A stretch of DNA of 64,000 nt. Origin: Escherichia phage ECML-359. A program made the position numbers and the translations under genes. Below, piece after piece: positions 7,408 through 16,912 of the stretch. The notes below the pieces were generated by a model, which worked only from the letters and a program-made list of their open reading frames with translations, was not told the origin of the DNA and ran no database searches. The stretch lies in sequence record OL631482.1. One strand, given 5' to 3'. Position 1 is the first letter of the stretch. Each line of letters begins with the position of its first letter.

Positions 7408-7707
7408 TTACATCTTACTACCACGAATTACGCCATAAGCAGCGAAGTCGTCAGTGATATTTTTAGGAGTGTTTTTACCCGTTTCAATGAAAGCGATGCT
7501 TGATTTCTGACTAAAAGAGGTAATTTTGTTATAGTTAGAGTCAAGGAAGGTATAACCATTTTTACGCAGCTGGTCAAAGTCTTCAGCGTCGCCTTTACCT
7601 TTGAAGTCAACCCATTTGTAGGTGTTTTTCTTCTGAAGGCCCAGAGGCCAGGTTTTTGCTTCTGCCAGGTAATTGTTTTCTACCAAAAATTCATGAAAAG
7701 TTTGCAT
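7408..7707 (-). CDS. internal protein (leader MQTFHEFLVEN)
   Basis: capsid-targeting-like N-terminus; 99 aa. Confidence 0.65.
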   Translation of the reverse strand: MQTFHEFLVENNYLAEAKTWPLGLQKKNTYKWVDFKGKGDAEDFDQLRKNGYTFLDSNYNKITSFSQKSSIAFIETGKNTPKNITDDFAAYGVIRGSKM

Positions 7708-7715
7708 TTGAAATC

Positions 7716-7988
7716 CTATTTAAGATAAATTGCGTATTTTTTATAACCAGCCGTCTCATGGCGAAGACCCTTGTCATTGGCAAAACGCTCAATGTTATTA
7801 ATTTGGTTCTGGTCAAGTTCTGAAATGCCAAACGCGAAAAAGTTGCGTTTGTTGCCAATTGTTATATGGTCAGTTAAGTCAATGCTATACAGGTGATTGA
7901 TATTGTCAATCATAGCTTTGACTGCTTTACTAATTTTTACTTCTTCATTTAGTTGTGACTCGTTGAAAAATTCATTGAAAGTTTTCAT
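7716..7988 (-). CDS. internal protein (leader MKTFNEFFNES)
   Basis: capsid-targeting-like N-terminus; 90 aa. Confidence 0.65.
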   Translation of the reverse strand: MKTFNEFFNESQLNEEVKISKAVKAMIDNINHLYSIDLTDHITIGNKRNFFAFGISELDQNQINNIERFANDKGLRHETAGYKKYAIYLK

Positions 7989-7996
7989 AAGAAACC

Positions 7997-8329
7997 TTAT
8001 TTATAAAGTTTTGCTAGTTCTTTACGTCCGCGAGCAGACATAATAAATTGTTCATCGCCAATTTTAAAATAAGCCATACCGCCGTCAACAGCGATACCAA
8101 TTTCTTTAGTACCTTCTTTGCCTTTCCACTTGCCACCAGATTTCAGGACAGCTTCAACTGCAGCTTTGGAATATTTGGACGTTTGAAAACGTTCATTACC
8201 AATCTGAAAGAAAACACCATCTGCATTTTTGGTTAAACCAAATTTCAGGGAGCCTTCACTATCATCAATTGATTTGGTCTCATTGATGGCGGATTCGGCT
8301 AAAAACTCGTTGTAAGTTTTGATGTTCAT
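7997..8329 (-). CDS. internal protein (leader MNIKTYNEFLAES)
   Basis: capsid-targeting-like N-terminus; 110 aa; early promoter stem-loop 8330-8393 upstream. Confidence 0.65.
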   Translation of the reverse strand: MNIKTYNEFLAESAINETKSIDDSEGSLKFGLTKNADGVFFQIGNERFQTSKYSKAAVEAVLKSGGKWKGKEGTKEIGIAVDGGMAYFKIGDEQFIMSARGRKELAKLYK

Positions 8330-8393
8330 ATTAACTCCGTTTGTTCATTCGTTGGTGTAGGAACATAATACTGCACCTACACTTATTTGTACA
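8330..8393 (-). promoter_or_regulatory. early promoter (-35 TGTACA, 17-nt spacer, -10 TATTAT) in stem-loop gtgtagg/cctacac
   Basis: upstream of first internal-protein gene. Confidence 0.5.
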
Positions 8394-9084
<691 letters not shown>

Positions 9085-9085
<1 letters not shown>

Positions 9086-9762
9086 TATATTACCTTATTA
9101 ATTTTATCAAAAAGTTCTTCGAGTGTGCCATCGTTTTTAATAACAATGTCACTAGCTAGTGGTGGAAGTCCAGCTTCCGTAATGTGTGTATCGGTAGAAT
9201 GATTTGCTTCATCGCGTTCTACAAAGATTATTGTAGCACCCATCGCCCGAAGCGAATCAAGTTCGTTCTTTTGACGAACATCTGGGACAACGTAATATTT
9301 ATATCCAGAATAGAGGTTGTCAAGATAATCGCACGCAAAAGTTTTAATCCAAAACATGCTGTCGAACTCTGTACAAACGATGTCAGTTCCAAGGGTCTGC
9401 ATGAAACGTCTAACTGTCCAGGGCTCAACATTATTTAGTGTGTGAAATTCAATGATTTTACGAACCATATCTGGATTCGGAAGGTCAAGATTGTATTGTT
9501 GTTTCAACCATTCAAGAGCATCAACCAGAAGAATATAAGCTTCGGTGTTGTTCATTATCAAGGTTTTTTCACGGTCATAACCTTGTCCATCAAAATTTTC
9601 CAGGGTCAAATTGTGTGGCAGGTCTTGACGAATCCACGCTTTATAAAGCGCTTCTTTAATCGGACCTGCAAGCTGCCACTTTGTTCCGTTTTGACTAATA
9701 ACATAATCAGCAGTCGTATCTTTACCACTGCGTTTTTTACCCACAATCGCAATTAATTTCAT
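9085..9762 (-). CDS. 1: deoxynucleoside monophosphate kinase
   Basis: P-loop GKKRSGKDTTAD, ...THITEAGLP...NDGTLEELF matches T4 gp1. Confidence 0.9.
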
Positions 9763-10358
9763 ACGTTTCTCATAGATGGATGCATTGACTTAGACCTGAT
9801 TTCCTGTTGCATTGCTGCATTACTATCAATCTGTGGTCTACCTTCTATTATTATACCATCAATTTCTACAGCAAAAGACTTAAAGTTAAAAGTTGCTGTT
9901 GCATTGATAGCCGGGTCAGAATCTTCTTTATATGAGTACTGAATCTCTGACAGGTCGGACGGCCATGCTCCATAGTAATGGATTGACATGACAATTTTGT
10001 CCTTGTTGTTATCTAAGATATGAAGCGTGACCGCTTCGGGGCGACCCTTCGGATGCCATGCCTTCGATTCGTGTGTGATGTAGTTGTTGAGCGAGAGCAT
10101 CCATTTATAAATGTCAAGCCATGCTCTTAGGTCTTTGTCACACAGAAAGTTAACAATCAGTGGGTCGAATTCTATTGTACTACCAGGAAGACTGGAGCGA
10201 TTTATACCTTGTGTTCCCCCAGGAACATCTGTCACAGGGATGTGAACACCAGGGAGGGTAACGTCTTGAACGTTGAGTTTAAAGGTCTGTGTGAGGTTTG
10301 AATCGCTTACCTCTAATATAAAGTTAGTCGTGTTAGTTTGATTATATAAACCTGACAT
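9759..10358 (-). CDS. 3: tail completion and sheath stabiliser protein gp3 (by synteny)
   Basis: ORF track 9759..10520 trimmed to internal ATG (MSGLYNQ...); position between genes 1 and 2. Confidence 0.65.
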   Translation of the reverse strand: MSGLYNQTNTTNFILEVSDSNLTQTFKLNVQDVTLPGVHIPVTDVPGGTQGINRSSLPGSTIEFDPLIVNFLCDKDLRAWLDIYKWMLSLNNYITHESKAWHPKGRPEAVTLHILDNNKDKIVMSIHYYGAWPSDLSEIQYSYKEDSDPAINATATFNFKSFAVEIDGIIIEGRPQIDSNAAMQQEIRSKSMHPSMRNV

Positions 10359-10370
10359 AATGCACCTTGT

Positions 10371-10412
10371 TTGCTTTAAAACAATCAGTGTTATAATGGT
10401 TCTAGACCTTTT
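10371..10412 (+). promoter_or_regulatory. MotA-box middle-promoter-like element (TTGCTTTA-N13-TATAAT-GGTTCTAGACC), antisense to flanking genes
   Basis: exact promoter architecture on plus strand in the gap between minus-strand genes 3 and 2. Confidence 0.5.
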
Positions 10413-10443
10413 GTCCTTACCAATAACACTGACCGATAATAGA

Positions 10444-11277
10444 TTATGAATTTCTCCATACTTTCTGGGAAGAGAATCTTTTGCCTTTCGACATAAATTG
10501 TTGCAACGGAAGCATAACAACGTTTGCCCAGTCGCTGGGCTTGATTTCAGTGATAGTACCTTTTATATTGCCAGGTATATATGCTTTAATCATCTGGTCA
10601 GCCCCTTTAAATCCCTTCACCTTTGACCAATCAATCTTCAGATGAGTCTTGTTCGTAATCGTAGGAGTATTAGCATATTGCTTAAGAAGTTCCTCAAGGA
10701 ACTCTTGACGTGCCTTCGGTGGAATATAGTGCAAGTTCAAACCGTACATCAAATTATGCTTACCTAGACCAAGATAAATGATTAACGGATATTTGTCCCA
10801 GTACGGAAGAGTATCCTTATGCTTTGCATCATAGATATAAGCATAAAGTTTGCCTGGTTGAGGTTTAGCCGTTACGTGACCGCGAACTGATTTCTTAATT
10901 GTCTCTGCGAACCATCTGGCGGATTTGGTGTTGCTTGCAGCGCCTTCGTTAGCAATCTTATCTCTTATGCTCTTCCTAAAGCTATTCACCATTATCAGCT
11001 GGCGTTCAGCCTTCGTAAGTTTACCAGCAGGTTTCTTTTTGAGCTTGGATACTTTATAAGCAGTCTGAATTCTTGAATGATACCTCGACATGCTTTTGGT
11101 AAAGGTCGAATAATTGATTCCTTTCTCTTCAGCAAACTTCTTCGAGGTCATTCCCTTTTCTTTTGCTGTATAAAATTCAACCCCTATCTCAACCCATTGT
11201 TGTTCGGATTTACTGGGTTTCGGACCTGGTTTATCTGCAGATTCATTGATAAATGTAAAAATACTCATCCTTTCCAT
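10444..11277 (-). CDS. 2: DNA end protector protein gp2
   Basis: 277 aa basic protein; position and size match T4 gp2. Confidence 0.8.
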   Translation of the reverse strand: MERMSIFTFINESADKPGPKPSKSEQQWVEIGVEFYTAKEKGMTSKKFAEEKGINYSTFTKSMSRYHSRIQTAYKVSKLKKKPAGKLTKAERQLIMVNSFRKSIRDKIANEGAASNTKSARWFAETIKKSVRGHVTAKPQPGKLYAYIYDAKHKDTLPYWDKYPLIIYLGLGKHNLMYGLNLHYIPPKARQEFLEELLKQYANTPTITNKTHLKIDWSKVKGFKGADQMIKAYIPGNIKGTITEIKPSDWANVVMLPLQQFMSKGKRFSSQKVWRNS

Positions 11278-11714
11278 CCTAATTTTTTCAGTGAGTTTTC
11301 AGTGATTATCCTGAACGTTATACCCATTTTATCTGCGGTAGCTTGCGCAGCTTTCCATTTGTCAGAGTTAACACTCCAGGTGTACATCTCGTTAATAAAT
11401 CTCTTTTTACTCGCGGCTGTATTATTAACCGGTTTGGTTGGAGGTCTTGTTTCTTTTAATGGCTTAACTTCAAAAAAGAACTGTTGTCCTGTATCAAACT
11501 TAACCCAGAAATCCATATAATATCTGCGCTTTTTCCCTTCAGCATTGCAGAAGTATGGAATAATCACAGTCTCAGAACCCCATTGAACAACGTTCGGATG
11601 GTTGTCGAGCCATCTCATCAACCACGCCTCCCAGCTTGACCGGTATTGTATTTTCTTCCAGTCGCCCTTATATTTTTCTATATTAGTGGGCTTAAATTTC
11701 CCGGAGTATGCCAT
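11265..11714 (-). CDS. 4: head completion protein gp4
   Basis: [19 protein letters not shown]...; 149 aa; AGGAGG RBS and TATAAATA late promoter upstream. Confidence 0.85.
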   Translation of the reverse strand: MAYSGKFKPTNIEKYKGDWKKIQYRSSWEAWLMRWLDNHPNVVQWGSETVIIPYFCNAEGKKRRYYMDFWVKFDTGQQFFFEVKPLKETRPPTKPVNNTAASKKRFINEMYTWSVNSDKWKAAQATADKMGITFRIITENSLKKLGWKG

Positions 11715-11742
11715 ATAGCCTCCTAATAAATATTGATATACT

Positions 11743-11754
11743 TATTTATAAATG
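11743..11754. promoter_or_regulatory. divergent late promoters (TATAAATA for gene 4 on minus; TATAAATG for gene 53 on plus)
   Basis: tatttataaatg between divergent genes 4 and 53. Confidence 0.55.
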
Positions 11755-11762
11755 GAGGCTTT

Positions 11763-12365
11763 ATGCTTTTTTCATTTTTTAACCCAATTGATTATGATGC
11801 TAAAACAATCAGAAAAAACTCGGCATCATTAACGAAAGAAGATGTCTTAAGCATCCCAATGACTGACATCTTCAGAAACTATCGTGCATATTTTGATAAG
11901 GTCGCGGTTAATTATACACCGAAAACATATTACATCGCCGGAGCTCCGAGACCTGAAGAACTTGCATATCAGCTCTATGGTAATACTCAACTCTATTGGG
12001 TTCTCCTTATGCTTAATAATATCTATGACCCGTATTATGGTTGGATATGTTCACAAGAATCATCATATCAGGCATCAATTCAACGCTATTCGAATATAGG
12101 TGGTAATCAGGTCCTTTATCATGTAAATGAAGACGGTGAAAAATTCTGGAATCTTGTTTCTTATCCTGATAATCCATACACATGGTATGATAAAGGTGAT
12201 AAGAACAAATTATACCCACAGTATGAAGGCCCATTAGCTGCAGTGGATATCTACGAAGATGCTATTCGCAAAAATGAATATAAACGAGAAATAAAGATAA
12301 TCGACCCTAATGATATCGAATCATTTATTTCGGCATTAATCCGCGAGATGGAGAAGGCGCTATGA
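11763..12365 (+). CDS. 53: baseplate wedge protein gp53
   Basis: ORF track 11733..12365 trimmed to ATG after GGAGG; size and position match. Confidence 0.85.
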   Translation: MLFSFFNPIDYDAKTIRKNSASLTKEDVLSIPMTDIFRNYRAYFDKVAVNYTPKTYYIAGAPRPEELAYQLYGNTQLYWVLLMLNNIYDPYYGWICSQESSYQASIQRYSNIGGNQVLYHVNEDGEKFWNLVSYPDNPYTWYDKGDKNKLYPQYEGPLAAVDIYEDAIRKNEYKREIKIIDPNDIESFISALIREMEKAL

Positions 12366-14104
12366 TTAATATGTCAGATAGTGTAAGTTGGTTCGTCGGT
12401 GTTGTCGAAGACCGAATGGACCCACTTCAACAAGGTCGTGTTCGGGTTCGGGTATGGGGTATGCATCCATATGAGAAATCACAAGGGCCTGTAAAAGGTA
12501 TCAGAACTGAAGACCTACCATGGATGTCCGTACTGATGCCAACATCATCTGCATCGGTTTCCGGTATTCAAACTGCCATGACTGGTATGGTACCAGGGAC
12601 TCAGGTATATGGTCACTTTTTGGACAAGTGGAAGCTCAATGGATTAGTCCTTGGTACATATGGCTCAGCATCAAGACAGAAGGCAAACACAACAGAAGGT
12701 TTTAGTGACCCCACAGGGCAATATCCACTTTATGTGGGCAATGATGCTGCTGCGCTTAACCGAGGCGGTGAGGTCGGTTATGATGACACTTCAAACGTAA
12801 TACAAGATGCAAACACTGATGTAGGTATTAATCCAGACGGGTTAGATTTAAGCCAAGTTAAGCCTGATGATAATCCTAATTTCACAATAGAAAACATGCT
12901 TCACCGCGATGAAGGTCTTCGTCTGAAAGTATATTGGGACACTGAAGGTTATCCTACTATAGGTATAGGACACTTAATTACACCACAACCTATTAGAGAT
13001 ATGAATCAGATAAACAAAATATTATCTAATCAAATAGGCCGTGAAGTTAAAGGTAACCCTGGTGCAATATCAATGGACGAGGCTTCTAAGTTATTCCAAG
13101 AAGACCTTAAAAAAGTCCAAAATGATATAGGTAGACATAGTGTTGTAGGTCCGGTTTACAATAAAGAAAACCGTTCAAGACAAATGGCTCTTGAAAACAT
13201 GGCTTTCCAAATGGGATTAGGTGGACTTGCTAAATTCCGTGGAATGCTTAGTGCAATGTTAATAGGCGATTATAAAAAGGCATTTGAAGAAGCTCGCAAT
13301 TCAGTATGGTTTAACCAAACTAAAGGACGTGCATCAAGGGTATCAATGATTATCCTCACCGGTAATATGGAATCATACGGTATTATGGCCCCAAAAGAAA
13401 TGGAATTTAATGGGCGTTCTTATAGGATGATTCAAACCTTTGCAGCCCCTACAAATTCCGACCCGGCCGACCCGTGGACTCCAGAAGATACGAGGATTCT
13501 GTTTAAAGAGCCAGAATCAAGTTACAAGGGCGAATATCCTTATGTGCAGACAATGCAAACTGAAGGCGGTCATATTCAGGAATTCGATAATACTCCAGGA
13601 CAAGAACGTTATCGATTGATTCATCCGACTGGTTCCTATGAGGAAGTTGCACCAGATGGTCGTAAGACTTCGAAGACGGTAGCCGATGGCTATTATATGA
13701 CCCAGGGCGATTCAAGCACTTATGTTGGCGGGAATAATAAAGTCAACGTTGGCGGTGATGAAACCTATTACAATATGGCTAACGTTCGTCGTCAGACCGA
13801 TGGAAACGAAACCATCCATATTCGTGGTAACGAAGAGAAAACTGTAGAAGGTAATGGAACACTCAGAGTTAAAGGCAACGTTACTGTTATTGTTGAAGGA
13901 AATGCTGATGTTACTGTTAAGGGTGATGCGACTACCTTAGTAGAAGGTAATGAAACTCGCACGACTAATGGTAATTTAAACTGGACTGTAAATGGTACCG
14001 TATCTTGGACTTGTGCAGGTGCTTGGTCCGAGACTATGGCTTCAATGAGTTCTATTGCATCTGGTCAATATACTATTGATGGTTCGAGGATTGACATTGG
14101 CTAA
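12362..14104 (+). CDS. 5: baseplate hub subunit and tail lysozyme gp5
   Basis: N-terminal VVEDRMDPLQQGRVRVRVWGMHPY; central lysozyme domain (YWDTEGYPTIGIGHL); C-terminal repeated V-x-G-x beta-helix. Confidence 0.95.
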   Translation: MINMSDSVSWFVGVVEDRMDPLQQGRVRVRVWGMHPYEKSQGPVKGIRTEDLPWMSVLMPTSSASVSGIQTAMTGMVPGTQVYGHFLDKWKLNGLVLGTYGSASRQKANTTEGFSDPTGQYPLYVGNDAAALNRGGEVGYDDTSNVIQDANTDVGINPDGLDLSQVKPDDNPNFTIENMLHRDEGLRLKVYWDTEGYPTIGIGHLITPQPIRDMNQINKILSNQIGREVKGNPGAISMDEASKLFQEDLKKVQNDIGRHSVVGPVYNKENRSRQMALENMAFQMGLGGLAKFRGMLSAMLIGDYKKAFEEARNSVWFNQTKGRASRVSMIILTGNMESYGIMAPKEMEFNGRSYRMIQTFAAPTNSDPADPWTPEDTRILFKEPESSYKGEYPYVQTMQTEGGHIQEFDNTPGQERYRLIHPTGSYEEVAPDGRKTSKTVADGYYMTQGDSSTYVGGNNKVNVGGDETYYNMANVRRQTDGNETIHIRGNEEKTVEGNGTLRVKGNVTVIVEGNADVTVKGDATTLVEGNETRTTNGNLNWTVNGTVSWTCAGAWSETMASMSSIASGQYTIDGSRIDIG

Positions 14105-14114
14105 TATACTTCCA

Positions 14115-14636
14115 ATGAGCACTGACCTAGGAGACTCCATGGAAGGAGCCTCAATCGATGTTACGTTTACAGCTCAATTAGAAACAAACGAAACATTAGT
14201 CGAAATAAATATAACTGAATATGAGGCCACCCCTGGCGTTAATGTTGAGGGTAATCATCTTTATGGTGTTTATGAATCCGTGTTCGGATTTGCGGATGAT
14301 GCACTTAAATATCGGCTTAATGACGAATTTAAAACTGCTGGTTCATGGGAAGACCTTCCTACCGATAAGAGTACTCAATTGTATCTCTGGAGGGCCCCAT
14401 CGAGCCTCCAGAAGGTCTTTTCATACACGGTAACCCTAACCTATGACTTTCAAGAAGAGAGCTCTGGCGGAGACACAGGGAACTCTGGTGGCAGTAATAG
14501 CCGTGCAGTTAATGAGACCGACCCACCTCCTGTGCCAGTAAGAAAGACAATGACAAAAGTTTACACAAAAACTATCGTTGGCAACTGGTCAAGATGGGCA
14601 GATAAATTGCGTTCATACGTATACGCGAGGGATTAA
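14115..14636 (+). CDS. 5.1: gp5.1-like protein
   Basis: ORF track 14055..14636 trimmed to ATG after gene 5 stop; synteny. Confidence 0.7.
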   Translation: MSTDLGDSMEGASIDVTFTAQLETNETLVEINITEYEATPGVNVEGNHLYGVYESVFGFADDALKYRLNDEFKTAGSWEDLPTDKSTQLYLWRAPSSLQKVFSYTVTLTYDFQEESSGGDTGNSGGSNSRAVNETDPPPVPVRKTMTKVYTKTIVGNWSRWADKLRSYVYARD

Positions 14637-14929
14637 TGGCTGGATTAAGTTTTAATCAATGTGTTACAGCAGGCCACGAAGCATGGCCGCCGACTGTAAT
14701 TAATGCAACTCAAGGTAAAGTATTCACCGGGGGAATTCCAGTATTAGTTGCCGGAGACCCTATTACCGAGCATACCGAAATTAAAAAACCATATGAAACC
14801 CACGGCGGAGTAACACAACCGCGTACATCAAAGGTATTTGTTACTGGTAAGAAAGCTGTTCAAATGGCAGACCCGATTTCATGTGGTGATACTGTGGCTC
14901 AAGCCTCATCAAAAGTCTTTATAAAATAG
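14636..14929 (+). CDS. 5.4: PAAR-repeat spike tip protein gp5.4
   Basis: 97 aa with PAAR-like motifs; position after 5.1. Confidence 0.85.
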   Translation: MAGLSFNQCVTAGHEAWPPTVINATQGKVFTGGIPVLVAGDPITEHTEIKKPYETHGGVTQPRTSKVFVTGKKAVQMADPISCGDTVAQASSKVFIK

Positions 14930-14937
14930 GAAATAAA

Positions 14938-16884
14938 ATGGCTACTCCTACGAATTACCAATTAACAAGAACCGTTAACGCTATCCCAAAAGTATTTGTG
15001 GGAGCTACGTTTGAAGAAATTAAAAAGAATATCATCGACTGGTTATCAAGCCAGGATGAATTTAAGGATTATGATTTCGTAGGTTCGCGAATGAATATCC
15101 TGATTGACATGCTTGCATATAATACATTGTATATGCAGCAGTTTGCTAATACAGCGGTTTATGAATCATTTATCGGAACTGCAAACTTAAGGTCTTCAGT
15201 TGTTCAGGCTGCGCAGGATAATGGATATCTTCCATCTTCTCGCTCGGCTGCAAAGACTTCGGTTATGTTGACATGTTCTCATGCTCTGCAACCATCGAAT
15301 ATTGAAATCCCACGAGGAACTAAATTCCTGGCTTATGCTCGTGATACATCAGCTGACCCTTATGTTTTTGTTACCACGGAAAACGTTATCGCGGTTAAAG
15401 ATATTAACAACCAATACCTTCCGATTGTATCTCTGGCACAGGGTCGTATTATTCGTACGGAACTTTTATATGACCCGAAACAACCTATTCTTATCCGCGA
15501 CCCGGATATTGACCGCAAAGAAGTTAAGTTATATGTGAATGGTGTTGAGTGGGATGACTGGACGAACAAATCAATGGTTCACGCTGGTTCGACTTCCACC
15601 ATATTTTATATGCGTGAAACAATCGATGGCTATACCGAATTTTTCTTCGGTGAAGGCGAATCCACCAAATCTGTGGCCGGTGGCGTTATGGAAGCCAACT
15701 ATATTGGCGGTCTTAAACCTGTGCAAGATTCAACAATTGTTATTGAGTATCTTCGTACTTCCGGGGCAGATGCAAACGGCGCTGTTGATTTCAGTTATGC
15801 TGATACGTTGTCTTATATCACAGTGGATAAGATTACTGAAAACTACAATAATGACCCCGATTATGTCGGTGCTGATGGTGGTGGTGACCCAGAAGATATC
15901 GAACGTATCCGTGAACTGGCTGTTGTTAAACGTGAAGCGCAGATGCGTGCTGTCACCGGAACAGATTATGATACCTTCGTATCCGAAAGATTTGGGTCAA
16001 TTGTACAAGCCGTGCAGACGTTTACAGACGCTAATAAACCTGGATATGCGTTTATATCAGTTAAGCCTAAATCGGGCTTGTATCTCACTGCAGTGCAGCG
16101 CGAGGACATCCAGAACTACCTTAGCGAGTTCAACGTATCAACAATTACACCATCGGTAATTTCTCCGGATTATTTGTTCCTTAAACATAATATCAAAGTG
16201 TCTTATGCGCTGAACAAATTGCAAGAATCTGAACAATGGTTGCAAGCACAAATCATTAATCAGATTGACCGTTATTATATTGATGAAGTTGAAATCTTTA
16301 ACAGAAGTTTTGCTAAGTCAAAAATGCTTACATACGTGGATAATACCGACCATAGTATTCTTGGTTCGTCTGCAACCATTTCGATGGTGCGTGAGGTCCT
16401 GAACTTCTTTAAGACTCCAGAATCCGGCATTAAATACTATAACCAGTATGGCAACCGTTCAGTCGAATCAAGCGAATTTGAATTTGTTCCGACTACAGGT
16501 GAAGCCTATAACGTTCGCATTGTTGCAACTGATAAAGATTCTCGTGGTGATGGCAAAATGGTAATTGGTCCATTCCGTCCGGGTGATGTTATCGAAAACG
16601 TAAACATCCAGCCTTACCTACAAGATGACTTTAATAAAATGGAAGCTCCGACTGACCAAACAGTTTATTACGCAATTGGCGAAATTGACTATTACTCTGA
16701 CTATATTTTTTGGGATATCGCCGCGATTGGATTGACATCCGAGCGCTTTGAAGTTCAATCAATCGAACTTTATGCAAGTCCCAACCAAGATAATATATAC
16801 ACGCAAGATGGTTCACTGATTGTATTTGAGAATGACCTTCGTCCGCAATATACAAAGATTGACCTTGAACCGATTACACTATAA
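14938..16884 (+). CDS. 6: baseplate wedge protein gp6
   Basis: 648 aa; synteny and size. Confidence 0.9.
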   Translation: MATPTNYQLTRTVNAIPKVFVGATFEEIKKNIIDWLSSQDEFKDYDFVGSRMNILIDMLAYNTLYMQQFANTAVYESFIGTANLRSSVVQAAQDNGYLPSSRSAAKTSVMLTCSHALQPSNIEIPRGTKFLAYARDTSADPYVFVTTENVIAVKDINNQYLPIVSLAQGRIIRTELLYDPKQPILIRDPDIDRKEVKLYVNGVEWDDWTNKSMVHAGSTSTIFYMRETIDGYTEFFFGEGESTKSVAGGVMEANYIGGLKPVQDSTIVIEYLRTSGADANGAVDFSYADTLSYITVDKITENYNNDPDYVGADGGGDPEDIERIRELAVVKREAQMRAVTGTDYDTFVSERFGSIVQAVQTFTDANKPGYAFISVKPKSGLYLTAVQREDIQNYLSEFNVSTITPSVISPDYLFLKHNIKVSYALNKLQESEQWLQAQIINQIDRYYIDEVEIFNRSFAKSKMLTYVDNTDHSILGSSATISMVREVLNFFKTPESGIKYYNQYGNRSVESSEFEFVPTTGEAYNVRIVATDKDSRGDGKMVIGPFRPGDVIENVNIQPYLQDDFNKMEAPTDQTVYYAIGEIDYYSDYIFWDIAAIGLTSERFEVQSIELYASPNQDNIYTQDGSLIVFENDLRPQYTKIDLEPITL

Positions 16885-16904
16885 GCCTCTTCGGAGGCTT
16901 TTTA
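16885..16904 (+). terminator. hairpin plus T-run after gene 6
   Basis: gcctcttcggaggc followed by ttttt. Confidence 0.5.
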
Positions 16905-16912
16905 AGGAAACC

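Noticed and set aside
16820-16912. N-terminal extensions of ORF-track entries (gene 7, gene 19, wac, uvsW, uvsY, gene 26, gene 28 and others)
   Set aside because: Upstream in-frame starts lack an RBS and run through the preceding gene or promoter; internal ATGs with a Shine-Dalgarno give T4-like protein lengths.
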